Assembly (NCBI GenBank): GCA_918797485.1
Contig: CAKKNE010000004.1
Span: forward strand, 3,720,001 to 3,784,000
Source of the DNA: Pelagomonas calceolata
Lineage: Eukaryota
Direction: 5' to 3'
DNA: 64,000 bases
In this document: piece by piece, positions 20,001 through 29,458 of the stretch
Layout of the letters: each line of letters begins with the position of its first letter
Numbering within the stretch: position 1 is the first letter of the stretch
Position numbers and translations under genes: made by a program
The notes under the pieces: generated by a model
The model's database searches: none
Told to the model about the DNA's origin: nothing
Seen by the model: only the letters and a program-made list of their open reading frames with translations

Positions 20001-21413
20001 GCTCCGCGCACGCTCCTCATGGGCGCTCCGATCCGCGGGCGGCGGCGCCGGCGGGCTCGCCGTCGCGTCGACGACCTCGGCAGCAGCATCGTCGTCGTCG
20101 CGGATCCAGCTCCGGTCGTCGCGGAAGGACCCCGGCGACGACGCCGGCGACGGCGCCTTCACCACATCCTTGACCTCCGACGCGAGCTCGACGTCGTCCG
20201 ACTTGGACGCCATGAGCGCCTCGACGGACGGCCCCGGCGGCAGCTGCGCGTCGAGCGCCTGTAGTGTTTCATTCAAGGGCGCGCCCGCCGGGACGTAGGG
20301 GACCTCGTCGTCGTCTTCCGAGTCCTCCGTCGGGGCCTTGCTGACGCGCCGCTCGCTCTCGCGCAGCTTCTCCTGGAGCTCCCGGAGCTGCGCCTCCTGC
20401 TCCCGCACCTTACTTGCGAGGTCCTCGTCGACCAGGGCCTGGACGGCGTTCGCCGCCGGCGCCGCCTCCTCCTCCTCACTCTCGACGGAGATGTCGGGCG
20501 TCGGCGTCTTCGGCCGCTGCTGTTGTCTAGGAGAGGGCCCCGGCGGCGGCGGCGGCTTCGGCCGCGGCGACCCTCTACTGACGACGTCCCGCGCGACCGC
20601 GACCATGTCCTTGCCAAGAGGCGCGAGCACACCTTTTTTAGCCTTCACGAGGACCATCTCGCAGTGGTTCTCGAATTTATCTAAAGTAACAGGGTCGGAG
20701 AAGGCGTCGGGCGGCGACGGGCCCTTGACGCCGCTCCGCTCCAGCACTTGGAGTACAGCTTTCCGCGCGGCGTCCCGATCCAGCGCCACCGTTGCACCAC
20801 CTAATGCCCGCGGTCTTCCCAAATCGTCCTGCTCCGTGAATAGTGATTCTCGTAGTGTCAGCTTCGCATTACAATAATCGAGCAGCCTTTCCAGCAATTT
20901 CAGTCGCTGCGCGTGGTGCACGCCTATACTTTTTTCGTCGACCTTGAACCGTCTAATACAAGTATAGCCCTTCCCCTCGCCCAACACACCGTGCAGCCTT
21001 CGACAGGGCGCGGAAGCTTCCAATTGCCGCGCGAGGGGCATCGTCAGCACCAACCGGATCTGGGCCTCGGCCAGCTCCACCAACACTTTGCCCGCCGCCT
21101 CCGTCACCTTACATTTGAGCAGGTTGAGCTTGGAAATGGCCGGGTGCTCCATCAATGCAGCACAGACGTCCTCTACCACTTGATCGGTCCCACAACCCCG
21201 CAGGTCGAGCTCCGCCGGGCCCTTGGACGCTCGCGCGGCGTCGACCGCGTCCCGCACCTTCATGGGCACCGCGCCGTTCCTGGCACGGGCGCGGCGGAGC
21301 CACTCGCGCGCGAACGCGTCGTGCGCGCCCTCGTGCCCTGTTCTATGAGTCAGGCGCTTGCGCCGCTGTTTCAGGCGGTACTTCGCGCCCATGAGCGTGG
21401 CGAGCTTCACCAT
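17016..21413 (-). CDS. Large leucine-rich-repeat protein with C-terminal WW domain
   Basis: LxxLxLSxNxL repeats, internal ADAFGAA repeats, and WW IWREGYDETYQRMYYFNMETGDSLWHKP. Confidence 0.85.
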   Translation of the reverse strand: MVKLATLMGAKYRLKQRRKRLTHRTGHEGAHDAFAREWLRRARARNGAVPMKVRDAVDAARASKGPAELDLRGCGTDQVVEDVCAALMEHPAISKLNLLKCKVTEAAGKVLVELAEAQIRLVLTMPLARQLEASAPCRRLHGVLGEGKGYTCIRRFKVDEKSIGVHHAQRLKLLERLLDYCNAKLTLRESLFTEQDDLGRPRALGGATVALDRDAARKAVLQVLERSGVKGPSPPDAFSDPVTLDKFENHCEMVLVKAKKGVLAPLGKDMVAVARDVVSRGSPRPKPPPPPGPSPRQQQRPKTPTPDISVESEEEEAAPAANAVQALVDEDLASKVREQEAQLRELQEKLRESERRVSKAPTEDSEDDDEVPYVPAGAPLNETLQALDAQLPPGPSVEALMASKSDDVELASEVKDVVKAPSPASSPGSFRDDRSWIRDDDDAAAEVVDATASPPAPPPADRSAHEERARSHVSALVEAAEAHAHETPGKFQENQEAAADDNDEDEDASDAPPVVENDALDLSSRRLLQLDLPSSVSAYAYQTLIALNVSRNRLRALPAEAFGQLEQLESLDVSYNLLRKLALDDGSSLPSSLLRVDASRNLASSVKGCFKDCSSLKILLLSHNRIGACDGLEHLSNLEDLDLAGNRVRACKGLRPLAGCALLRSLRLQGCPVETTGSSRALVIGLLPQLTHVDGAPLPRGRAHPTIVKKEHAREMKRLDATHRQRSIEEDDPDVMEERRQKLRAQRASDLHRSREGAKTLRQAREKPRPVRSKVRRSSSEQLKKMRRLSEDHRPQDRRSKVPYKEKVETIFGQPKPVDKPLPQPKKTPLSSTRTGFRQWPPIPEPPAVPVEVREARAPSTDSQGNVPASPQTENNFEKWMEELEGQTQTGKKAIDVVERLYADEKLRPRAAAFVGTLDDLGVLHVTPPPESVLIQCVAAPDRLRAAAAAWQRATQVADKLRALVGVHAPKRVEKPTPPSTNPPTPSPPSSVKEEPAFVEGNPASPIAAHPLAAFAKQLDSELTKIGVDEMPEAGLDLGASGLTPKAAPKTPSTVRASPLQTWASTAKDLQEAQPVDEGVIHAQMRRSFDAGESASKPVEDEAAAPASPSELSAADEAPAPAAADLADAFGAAAAPQASAAPSPKASTELDSAFGAPQAAADDVNGTPSTDNASPGTTLSAREAALPTPDAADFLTSAMPDAGGADALFEDAAPTSAAEEQEQLERALAASRQDVDAAFSESSENLAAAFGAAPSPKASAEPAPSPKASGDLADAFGAASAPQASAELDGAFGAAPAEPTPKKAYLLDRIATSDGFKDAKAHQLDDAFGAAPSPKASGDLADAFGAAAAPQAASAFDAPAAVAEAPAASPAVPSRATSATSAARHDAAFGSPRSPRAAAPAPAPAKKAKVIWREGYDETYQRMYYFNMETGDSLWHKPDAPYKPYVEDGASTTSSGSGRTSSIGE

Positions 21414-21703
21414 CTTTGCTTAGCCTTCTTTTGTGTCCGTTTGCGTGGGGTGGGGCTGGGGTGTTGTTGCGCTGCCCGCGCGCGCGTCCGGTGGACACGC
21501 GAGCTGTTTGGACCAGCCCGGTAGGAGCAGCCGTCGCGCCGCGCCGGTCGTTGCGGCACCAGCCTGCGCTGCGCATTCACAGCGCTTTACCTTTCACAGT
21601 TGATTGATGGCCCGACGAAAGGCGCCGGCCTTTTGGTGCTCGTACGCTTCCTCCGCACCGGCTAGCGCGTAGCCTTTACCTCTGAGACGTCTCGTTTTTC
21701 AAG

Positions 21704-21725
21704 CTAGTGTGTGTCATCACGCTAG
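21704..21725. promoter_or_regulatory. CTAG-pair upstream motif
   Basis: ctagtgtgtgtcatcacgctag in a divergent spacer. Confidence 0.55.
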
Positions 21726-21844
21726 CTTGTCTGCCCTGCACAGCTCTGGCTTGGCTTTTGCTCTATAGCTAACTAGAGATCGAATTGAGGTTAGCAAACT
21801 ACGATCTGAGATCAGTTTGAGCGTGCGCATTCGATTTGAGATCG

Positions 21845-22387
21845 ATGGCAGCCGGACGCCATCGATGCGCGCGATGCACATTGTTGTCTGCCCTGCTTGT
21901 TATGAAAGCAAATGCATTGGCGCCCTTCCACCACGCTGCCATCAAATGCCGGGACATCGAGCGCTCCATGAAGTTCTACTCGCTTTTCGGGCTGGAGGAG
22001 GCGTGCCGCTTCCGCAGCGGCGCGGCGCGCTGCGCGTGGCTTACGGGCGCGGCGACGCGCCTCGAGTTGATCGAAGTACCATCGTACGTGAACGCCACGG
22101 CCGCACCCGACGGCTTGGTGGAGGAGGCCGTCGGCCTGAACCACCTCGCCTTCGACGTGACCGACGAGGCGGGCGGCGCCGACCTCGCGGCGTACCTCAA
22201 ACAGCTCAACGCGCGGTCGGAGGAACGGTTCCGCAAGTCGCTGCGCCTCGCGCTGGCACCACAACAGCTCCTCGCCGGCGGCGCGGCCTACGAGTACGCG
22301 TTTATCGCGGACCCGGACGGCGTGTTGTTGGAGCTCATCCGGCGGCGCAACGCGCTCGGCGTACAGCCCGAGGTCGTGGACTGGTAG
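21845..22387 (+). CDS. Glyoxalase/VOC-family protein
   Basis: FHHAAIK...RSMKFY...LELIE...GLNHLAFDV...FIADPDGVLLEL; start codon uncertain. Confidence 0.85.
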   Translation: MAAGRHRCARCTLLSALLVMKANALAPFHHAAIKCRDIERSMKFYSLFGLEEACRFRSGAARCAWLTGAATRLELIEVPSYVNATAAPDGLVEEAVGLNHLAFDVTDEAGGADLAAYLKQLNARSEERFRKSLRLALAPQQLLAGGAAYEYAFIADPDGVLLELIRRRNALGVQPEVVDW

Positions 22388-22649
22388 TAATGTTGTCCTG
22401 TTACTCTGCGTGCGCAAAGACCCGAACTCTGCAGCCTCTCGATGACAGCCTTGGCGCGCGCACGCTCCAATTCGGCCATTTGTGCACCTGTGGCTGCCCA
22501 CGCACGCTCACAGGTTCCTCGCGACCTCGCGATCCGGCGCGCACCTTGAAACCGACCGGTGGCGGGCATCAGCTTTCACGCGCATCCCTCTGAGCCAAGA
22601 CCACTGTGGCATTTGAAACCGGCGCGACCGCCGACGACGCGCAGCGCCG

Positions 22650-23939
22650 ATGGAGAACCTCGACCCCGCGCTCCTGGCGAGCTTAGATCCAAGAGCGCTG
22701 GAAGGATTGCTGCAGTCCATGGCGGCGAGCATGCCGACCGGCGAGCAGTCGTACAAGGGTTTTACGCCTTCAGAAGACCTCAAAAAAAAAGAAGCCGCGA
22801 TGCACGAGAGCAAGGCGGCCTACGACGCGCAGCTCGGTGAAGTGATGAAGACCCTGTCCAAGCTCCAGGCCGTGCCGGACAGACAAAAGGCTTCGTTGGC
22901 TGCTGCTCAAGCCGCATCAGCGGAACGCATCCAGAAAACGACGGCGGACGCCATACGCGATGTGGAGGCCAGCGCCGCCGCGGCCGAGGCCCGGGCCCTG
23001 CAAGAGGCCAAGGCTTCTCGACGCAATTTCCAGAAGGAGCGGCGGCGGAACTTCGACGCGGCCTTCGCCACCAGTGATGTGTTGGACCCGTCTATATCAT
23101 TAAAGTTAAATCATGCGCTCGTGAACCAGCAGGCGATCCTGCAGAAATTATTCGCGGGCGGTGATGTGATCGAGACCCTCGAGAGCTTCGGGGAAAAGCG
23201 CCCCTCGGCTCTGAAAGTTGCTGCATCAATAAGAGGAGGCACGTGCGTCGTCCTGAAGACGCGGGACTTGGGGGCAGTGTCTATTGCTTTAGCCAAAAAA
23301 TGCAACAATGTTATAGTAGTGGACCCGGACTCGTCACAACTAGGAACGATTTTAGCGGCGGGTGCCGTCGCCCGCGTTTTATTAACGCCCTGCTGCAAGC
23401 TGGTGTTCGAGTGGCTCGATTCTGCAGAACCCGTCGACGGTTGTTGTATCGATGAAGATCATCCCGACGATTGTATCGAGTTGCTGCGCGAGCTCATTTA
23501 TCGAAATTTGTTGAAATTGGACGCGCGCGTCGTGTATGCGCCTTGTACCGCCTTTACCAAGAGTTGTGGTGAAGTTTTCGAGTTCCTGGAGCGGCATAAG
23601 CGCTTTTCGGACGTGTCCCACGCGGACGGCATCGTATCTGCTAAATATATTGGTGGAGATTCTGTGGTTGCCGTGCCTTTATCTAAGTGCGGGGAGGACG
23701 TGCACATCGAGCCGCCTCCACGAAAAGCGGTGGTCGGGCCGCTGCCGGAGGGCGTCGAGCTGCCGGACACGGACTACGATCCTGGTAAAGAACGGCGCGC
23801 CGCCGTGGCGCACCTGGAAGAGACCTACGAGACGGCCCGGCGCGAACTCGGCGACGACCACGCCGTCGTCGCGCGGGCCGCGGCGGCGCTCGCGGCGGCG
23901 CGCGCGACGGGCGCGGAGCTCGTGCGTCTAGTGCCTTAG
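22650..23939 (+). CDS. Hypothetical protein (coiled coil, possible degenerate Rossmann domain, TPR-like C-terminal helix pair)
   Basis: 429-aa ORF; C-terminal LEETYETARRELGDDHAVV. Confidence 0.6.
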   Translation: MENLDPALLASLDPRALEGLLQSMAASMPTGEQSYKGFTPSEDLKKKEAAMHESKAAYDAQLGEVMKTLSKLQAVPDRQKASLAAAQAASAERIQKTTADAIRDVEASAAAAEARALQEAKASRRNFQKERRRNFDAAFATSDVLDPSISLKLNHALVNQQAILQKLFAGGDVIETLESFGEKRPSALKVAASIRGGTCVVLKTRDLGAVSIALAKKCNNVIVVDPDSSQLGTILAAGAVARVLLTPCCKLVFEWLDSAEPVDGCCIDEDHPDDCIELLRELIYRNLLKLDARVVYAPCTAFTKSCGEVFEFLERHKRFSDVSHADGIVSAKYIGGDSVVAVPLSKCGEDVHIEPPPRKAVVGPLPEGVELPDTDYDPGKERRAAVAHLEETYETARRELGDDHAVVARAAAALAAARATGAELVRLVP

Positions 23940-23994
23940 TATGATACGTGGTGAATTAGGAGTGCCAAAATTGGGGGGATACGCTGTCAACAAC

Positions 23995-24882
23995 TCAGGC
24001 CTCGGTAACGGCGACCGTGTTGCGCAGCGACGCGGCGGGCAGGCCGCGGCTCGCGCGCGGCTCGCGCTCGGTCAGGGCCATGCGGATGGCCTGGATGGTG
24101 TAGTCGCGGCGCGTGACGCGGCCCCGCGTCAGCGCGCCGATGAGGCCGCCCTTCGAGCCGATCGCGCCGTCTTTCGAGTAACCGGCGGCGACCGTGGCTT
24201 CAGACAGGTCCATGGCCTCGTCGCCCATGACCTTGGCGGCGATGGCCGGCGGGATCTGGAAGGCGCAGCTTAAACCGAGCGTCATGTGGCCGCCGTCGTA
24301 GAGAGCCACGACGCACACATCAAAATAACGTGCGAGCTTGTGTTCTGTCGATTCGCGCGGCACCTCGATGAGACCGCTCTCAATCCCAAAGGCTAAGGTC
24401 CTCGAACCGCCGCCCGCCGCCTCGTGGGCGTTCCTAGCCCTCCTGCGGGCGCCACTGACCACAACCGCCAACCCGACGGGCTGCGCCGGCACGCCCGACG
24501 GCACGGTCACACTTTCTAGCACGGTCCCCGGTCTTATGACCTCGGGGTAGTCAGCCACGACGGCCGTGACGGCTCCCACTTTGACCGGGTTCTCGGATCC
24601 AATAACGACGGTGTGGAACTGCGCTTTGGCGCTCGACGCCGGCGGCGCGGTCACGAGCGCTCCCACGGCCTGACCTAAAGCCTTGAAGGCGTCGCCAAAA
24701 GCTACACCCGCCTTCGTTAATTGGACGCCAGCCCGCGAGAAGCGGCCGGGCCCCGCGGTCCGGGCGCCGCGCTTCGTCGGCGAGGCGGCGCCCGGCGTTT
24801 TCGGGGTTCGTGGCGTTTGGGCTTTAGGTCTTGGGGAGAAGGGCGTGTGCTGGGTGGCTCTTTTTTGGGGCGTGGTGGACAT
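23995..24882 (-). CDS. Inosine/xanthosine triphosphatase, YjjX family
   Basis: VVIGSENPVKV, VPSGVPAQP, GARRRA, GIESG, GLIGALTRGRVTR. Confidence 0.88.
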   Translation of the reverse strand: MSTTPQKRATQHTPFSPRPKAQTPRTPKTPGAASPTKRGARTAGPGRFSRAGVQLTKAGVAFGDAFKALGQAVGALVTAPPASSAKAQFHTVVIGSENPVKVGAVTAVVADYPEVIRPGTVLESVTVPSGVPAQPVGLAVVVSGARRRARNAHEAAGGGSRTLAFGIESGLIEVPRESTEHKLARYFDVCVVALYDGGHMTLGLSCAFQIPPAIAAKVMGDEAMDLSEATVAAGYSKDGAIGSKGGLIGALTRGRVTRRDYTIQAIRMALTEREPRASRGLPAASLRNTVAVTEA

Positions 24883-25058
24883 GGTGCCCAGCGAGTTTAA
24901 AGCAGCCAATCTATATTACAGGTGTAGGCGCGTTTCTTGGTCTTCAAGCGCTCCAAGCCCCTACGTATAGGTCTTAGAGAGCTGCGTACGCTACCAGCGT
25001 TGCACTACTGGTGGAGCAGCTCCGGGGGAAGATAAAACTTTGAGCGGGGAAAATAGAG

Positions 25059-25079
25059 CTAGCGTCGTATCGACACTAG
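25059..25079. promoter_or_regulatory. CTAG-pair upstream motif
   Basis: ctagcgtcgtatcgacactag in a divergent spacer. Confidence 0.55.
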
Positions 25080-25291
25080 CAAATCAAGGAGACTTGCCCC
25101 AGCTGTAGTTGGTGGGCATTCTGCGTACCTGCGACGCCGGGCGCCGTTCTACAGCGCAGTTATCACATCTGAGTGCCTGCGAGTGCCCGCTGCGTGAAAC
25201 CGCCGCCGCACCTCGAGCGCATCACATTACTGCAGCCGCGTGCGTGAAGAACGCACGCGCGAGACGCCATCGCCGCGACCACAATACAAAA

Positions 25292-26203
25292 ATGCGCGTC
25301 GCGCTGCTCTGCTGCGCCGCGGCGGCCGAGGCCCTCACGGCCAATAGTGGAGGTGCCGACTGGCGCTACTTCGCGGCGGGCGGCGTGTCCGCGGCCATCT
25401 CCCACGGGTATACGACGCCGTTAGATGTCATTAAAACGAGGATGCAGACGAACCCGGAGTTGTACAAGGGCGACGTGTTTTTTGCGCTGAAGGAGATCAT
25501 CGACGAGGAAGGCTTCGACTTCCTCCTACAAGGTTTGGTCCCTACCTGTTTAGGCTATGGGCTCGAAGGGGCTTTAAAGTTCGGGTGCTACGAGCTGTGC
25601 AAGCCGCTGTTCGGCGAGCTGACTCCAAGTCCTTTCGCGAATGCTATCCTGGCGTCGTGTGTGGCCGGCGGCGTCGCCGCGTTGGTATTGTGCCCGCCGG
25701 AGGACGTGCGGATACGCATGGTCTCGGACCCGGACTACGCCGACAACGCCGTCGACGGCTTCAAGAAAAGAATCAAGGAGGACGGGCCCCTCGCGTCTTT
25801 TGCCGCAGCGCCGGCCATGACCGCAAAACAGGTCCCCTACACCATGGGCAAGCAGGTTTCGTTTGACTACTTCTGCACCATCGCCCACGGTTTTCTGGTC
25901 GCGGTGTGCAGTGCCGAGGTGCTCGAGCGCGTCGACGGCCTGACGCCCGTCTTAGCCGCTTTACCGGCCGCGGTGCTGGCATGTGTCCTGAGTCATCCGG
26001 GCGACGCGGTCCTCACGCAGTTCTTCAAGGAGGGCCCGCAACCGGGCGGCGTCGCGGGGACGTTGCAGAAGATCCGCAAGGAAGGAGCGCTCTTCCGGGG
26101 CCTGAAGGCTCGCCTGCTCCACGTCATCGGCATCATCTGGGTGCAGCTCGTCATCTACGACTACGTGAAGCAGTGGCTCGGGTTGCCGGCGACGGGGCAC
26201 TAG
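25292..26203 (+). CDS. Mitochondrial carrier family protein, phosphate-carrier-like, with N-terminal signal-peptide-like segment
   Basis: PLDVIKTRMQ, GYGLEGALKFGCYE, PPEDVRIR, KQVPYTMGK, HPGD. Confidence 0.9.
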   Translation: MRVALLCCAAAAEALTANSGGADWRYFAAGGVSAAISHGYTTPLDVIKTRMQTNPELYKGDVFFALKEIIDEEGFDFLLQGLVPTCLGYGLEGALKFGCYELCKPLFGELTPSPFANAILASCVAGGVAALVLCPPEDVRIRMVSDPDYADNAVDGFKKRIKEDGPLASFAAAPAMTAKQVPYTMGKQVSFDYFCTIAHGFLVAVCSAEVLERVDGLTPVLAALPAAVLACVLSHPGDAVLTQFFKEGPQPGGVAGTLQKIRKEGALFRGLKARLLHVIGIIWVQLVIYDYVKQWLGLPATGH

Positions 26204-26468
26204 TCGCGTCTTCTATCTTTCGCCCTATTAAAGTGAGATTTGTGTCTATCTTAGTTACCTGGTTATCGTCGCCGACGCCGGGTCCGCGCGCCCCTTAATC
26301 GCGCCCGGCCGCTCCCAGCCGTCGGCCATGGGTGCCACCCATCGTCAACCTGATGTATGCGCTCCGATGGCGTGCTTGATGTTCTTACGGCAGAAACTGA
26401 TGCTGGTGGCGGCTGCTGATGCTGGCAGTAAAATCGGCTCCTCGTCATCACACACACAGTTAACAACC

Positions 26469-27469
26469 ATGCAGTGCGCGAGCCGTGCAGAATACATCAT
26501 TGCATGCAGCATGCTTATGCGCAACCGATTCGCAGGTCTGTTATCGTCGCTCTCGCCCTCACTGGTGCTGCCGCTTTTGTGGCGCCGCAGCACCCTGCTA
26601 CGGGCAAGGCGCTGCGCGCGGCCGCCATTGAGGAGGAGCCGGAGGCGCCGAAGTACCCGACGGTGAACGTAATTGCAGCGGCGTCTGATAATGCATCAAC
26701 ATGATAATTCGCGGCGACCGTCTCGGTCAAGTCGCGTTGCACCCACGCCTCACTCGACGTCCCCCAGCGGTTGCACGCGGGTACGCCGTCGACGCGCGGT
26801 GCCGGCCGCGACTCACGAGCCACCGCGCGCGTCGCGGCGACGCCGACTCTCACGAACCACCGCGCGCAGGGCTGGACGGCCGACGAGTCGAAATTCATGG
26901 CGGGCCTCCCGGGCGCGCTGCCGCCCATGGGCAACTTCGACCCCGCGGGCTTCACGGAGGGCAAGTCCGTCGCGGAGCTGAAGATGCTCCGCGAGGCCGA
27001 GGTCACGCACGGCCGCGTGTCGATGCTCGCGTCGCTGGGCTTCCTCGTGCAGGAGTCGTTCCACCCCCTCTTCCGCCTCGGCGACAAGGACATCGGCCCG
27101 GCCATCCGCCACCTCGACGAGGTCCGCGCCGAGGTGCCCATCTTCTTCGAGATCCTCGTGCTTGGCATCGGCTTCGCCGAGATCTCGCGCTCGCTCGCGG
27201 GCTGGACGGCGCCGGCGGGCTCGAACCCGGCGGACGGCCCGCTCGCCAACCTTCCGGATGACACGCCGTTCCGCCGCCTCGAGGACAAGTACTACCCCGG
27301 CGACATCGGCTTCGACCCGGCCGGCCTCAAGCCCTCGGACCCGAAGGAATTCGCCGAGATGGCTACCAAGGAGCTCCAGAACGGCCGCCTCGCCATGATC
27401 GCGGTCGCTGGCTTCTTCCTCCAGGAGCTCGTCAACGGCAAGGGCATCATCGAGAACTTCTCGGCCTAG
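26469..27469 (+). CDS. Lhcx: Light-harvesting protein, Lhcx/LI818-like, 3 exons
   Basis: Exons 26469-26473, 26536-26668 and 26870-27469. Bipartite targeting signal MQSVIVALALTGAAA|FVAP. Motifs REAEVTHGRVSMLA, FHPLF, GPAIRHL, KELQNGRLAM. Confidence 0.9.
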
Positions 27470-27532
27470 ATGTTTTAATTTAAAGGATGTTATATCGTAC
27501 GTACACTCTTGCATGAATACCTAGTCGAGTTC

Positions 27533-27555
27533 TCATGTTACGGTGCTAGGACTAG
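27533..27555 (+). repeat. 3'-flank motif TCATGTTACGGTGCTAGGACTAG
   Basis: 64 nt after the Lhcx stop; identical to the reverse complement of 16968-16990. Confidence 0.7.
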
Positions 27556-27726
27556 GGCGCGGAATACCTATCGCGAACCTAGTACGTCAAGACGCTAGCT
27601 AGACCTGCTCCGCCGAGCAAAGCTCTCAATACAGTGTACTCCGCGGCTACGTGGCTTGCTCACTGAAGCGTGCTGTCTACTCCCGTCCTGGGAACGCAGC
27701 ATCTCAGCCGCTGCTGCTCACAAAAA

Positions 27727-28282
27727 ATGGTGCTGCTTGCCAGGTGCTGCAGCTACCGCGTCGCAAAACATCGATTACAAGAGGCTAGGGATGCGCAAAA
27801 TCTACATGAGATTACCGACTTACTGCTTGACGAGACCCCGCGCGATACGCGCGAGCGCCTGAAGCCAACACAAAATCAATCGAGTCGTTCGCGCGCATCG
27901 CTGCCGCCGAGAAACCGCGACCGCTCGCAGGCTGCTGCTCGTCGCGGCGTCGGCGCTCGCCGCGAAGGGCCGCATCGAGACGTGTAGTGGCTGAAAGCTC
28001 AACAAATTGAAGGAGGTGAAGCGCTTCGTCAAGGAGCCGGGCCACGCCGACAGCTACGAGGGCCTCGTCATCGACTTCAAGCCCGGGAAAAAGCCACACC
28101 TCATCATCGAGGACGATGCAGGCGAGGAGCTGGAACGCATCGACCTCGCGCCCCTGTCGACGGGCGAGATCCACGAGCTCATGCGGAGCAAGGGCTTCGT
28201 GCCCCGGGTGCCGGACGCGGGCGCCGCCGAGGCGCTTGAAGCGCAAGCGGAGGCCGTCGCCGACGCCGAGGCGACGCTCTAG
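27727..28282 (+). CDS. Selenoprotein of the SelM/SelF (Sep15) family, 2 exons, UGA-Sec at 27992-27994
   Basis: Exons 27727-27743 and 27931-28282 give MVLLARLLLVAASALAAKGRIETCSG-U-KLNKLKEVKRFV. CxxU motif; SECIS candidate downstream. Confidence 0.88.
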
Positions 28283-28304
28283 TGTTTTGTGACCGTGTGA
28301 TTGG

Positions 28305-28380
28305 CACCGCCTCACGTGATGACGGCCGCGCGCGTGTATTCTACGAGACGCGCGTGGCCCGACAGATAGATTTGGCGGTG
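28305..28380 (+). promoter_or_regulatory. SECIS element candidate
   Basis: Helix I caccgcc/ggcggtg. Core ATGAC (28319-28323) / CGAC (28360-28363). 12-bp helix II ggccgcgcgcgt/acgcgcgtggcc. Confidence 0.75.
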
Positions 28381-28464
28381 ACAATAACAAGTACAATTTA
28401 TCTCTCGACACTCCGACCCGGGGCTGTCGCGTCGATGGCGTCGGGCACGACTCGCCGCACGAGG

Positions 28465-29079
28465 CTAACCCCCTTCCTTTTTCGACGCCTCGAGTGCACG
28501 CCGAGCTTGTTCGAGGAAGCTGCCGTCGTTCGCAAAGGCCGCGGGAGCGACGGCGTTGGGCGGCGCCGGCGCAGCAGCGACGGCGTGGGGCGCCGGCGGC
28601 GCAGCAGCGACGGCGTGGGCCGGCGGCGGCGCGACGGGTGGCGGCGGCGACGCGTCGGCGGCGGCCTGGCGCTTCTTCGCCTTCTTGCGGCGCCGTTTTT
28701 CGGCGTTCTCGGCCTTGCGCTTCTCGTCGGCGCGCTTGAGGGCGTCCTTCTGCTGGGCCGCGGCCTTGGTCCTTTTCATTTCCTTGTCGGTCGAAGCCCC
28801 AGCCGGCCGCGCGCGCGCGAGGAGGTCCGCGGCGCCGCTCCGCTTCGGCGCATTTGAGGACGCGGGCTTGCAGACGGGGTTGTCGGCGGCCGCCACCCAG
28901 CCGCCGCCGCTGCGCGACTCCTCCTCCTCCTTCTCCTTCTTGATCTCGGCGATGCGCTCTCTTAATGCCGCTTCTTCCTTCTCGGCGCGCTGCTCGGCGA
29001 GCCACGTCTTCTCCTGGTTCCGGAAGCTCGACGGGTGCCAGGGCTTCTTGTTCAGGAAGCCGGCGATGCGGTCGCCCAT
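28465..29079 (-). CDS. Cir_N-domain (CIR1/CWC25-like) protein
   Basis: LNKKPWHPSSFRNQEKTWLAEQ; C-terminal FANDGSFLEQ; 30-bp triplicated repeat at about 28545-28630. Confidence 0.8.
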   Translation of the reverse strand: MGDRIAGFLNKKPWHPSSFRNQEKTWLAEQRAEKEEAALRERIAEIKKEKEEEESRSGGGWVAAADNPVCKPASSNAPKRSGAADLLARARPAGASTDKEMKRTKAAAQQKDALKRADEKRKAENAEKRRRKKAKKRQAAADASPPPPVAPPPAHAVAAAPPAPHAVAAAPAPPNAVAPAAFANDGSFLEQARRALEASKKEGG

Positions 29080-29323
29080 CTTTTTTTTGTGATTTATGCT
29101 CGCTTCTGCGGTCTCGCTGCTATGACGGTTTTTTGTGCTGGCAACGCGGCGCCGGCGTTGGTGGTGCGGCAGCAGCTTGTGCAGCCAGCCAAGGATGCAG
29201 TGGGATACCGAGCGCAGGCTCGGCTGCTCTGAGGCAGCAGTGATGCGAGTACGAGCGCAGACAGCTGCGCCTGTACTTGCACAAGGTGTAAAGGCCAAAA
29301 AGTAAGTGGGCGTCCGAAGCGAG

Positions 29324-29345
29324 CTAGCGTGTAGACACACACTAG
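29324..29345. promoter_or_regulatory. CTAG-pair upstream motif
   Basis: ctagcgtgtagacacacactag, 245 bp upstream of ATG 29079. Confidence 0.55.
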
Positions 29346-29458
29346 CTTTCAAAAAAAAGAAGTATCTCCACGCATGTCTGGCACCGTAACAGAAAAACGC
29401 GATGGAAACGTCCACACCACGGCGCCGTCGATTAAAAGAAAGCACAGAAACAACTTAT

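Noticed and set aside
20960..21020. Possible extra in-frame GC-AG intron in the LRR gene
   Set aside because: No hairpin motif, TSD or typical acceptor, and the frame is open without it.
26474..27930. Lhcx introns and the selenoprotein intron as introners
   Set aside because: They lack the C[T/A]GTGT start 8 nt after the donor and a clear TSD; treated as ordinary or very old introns.
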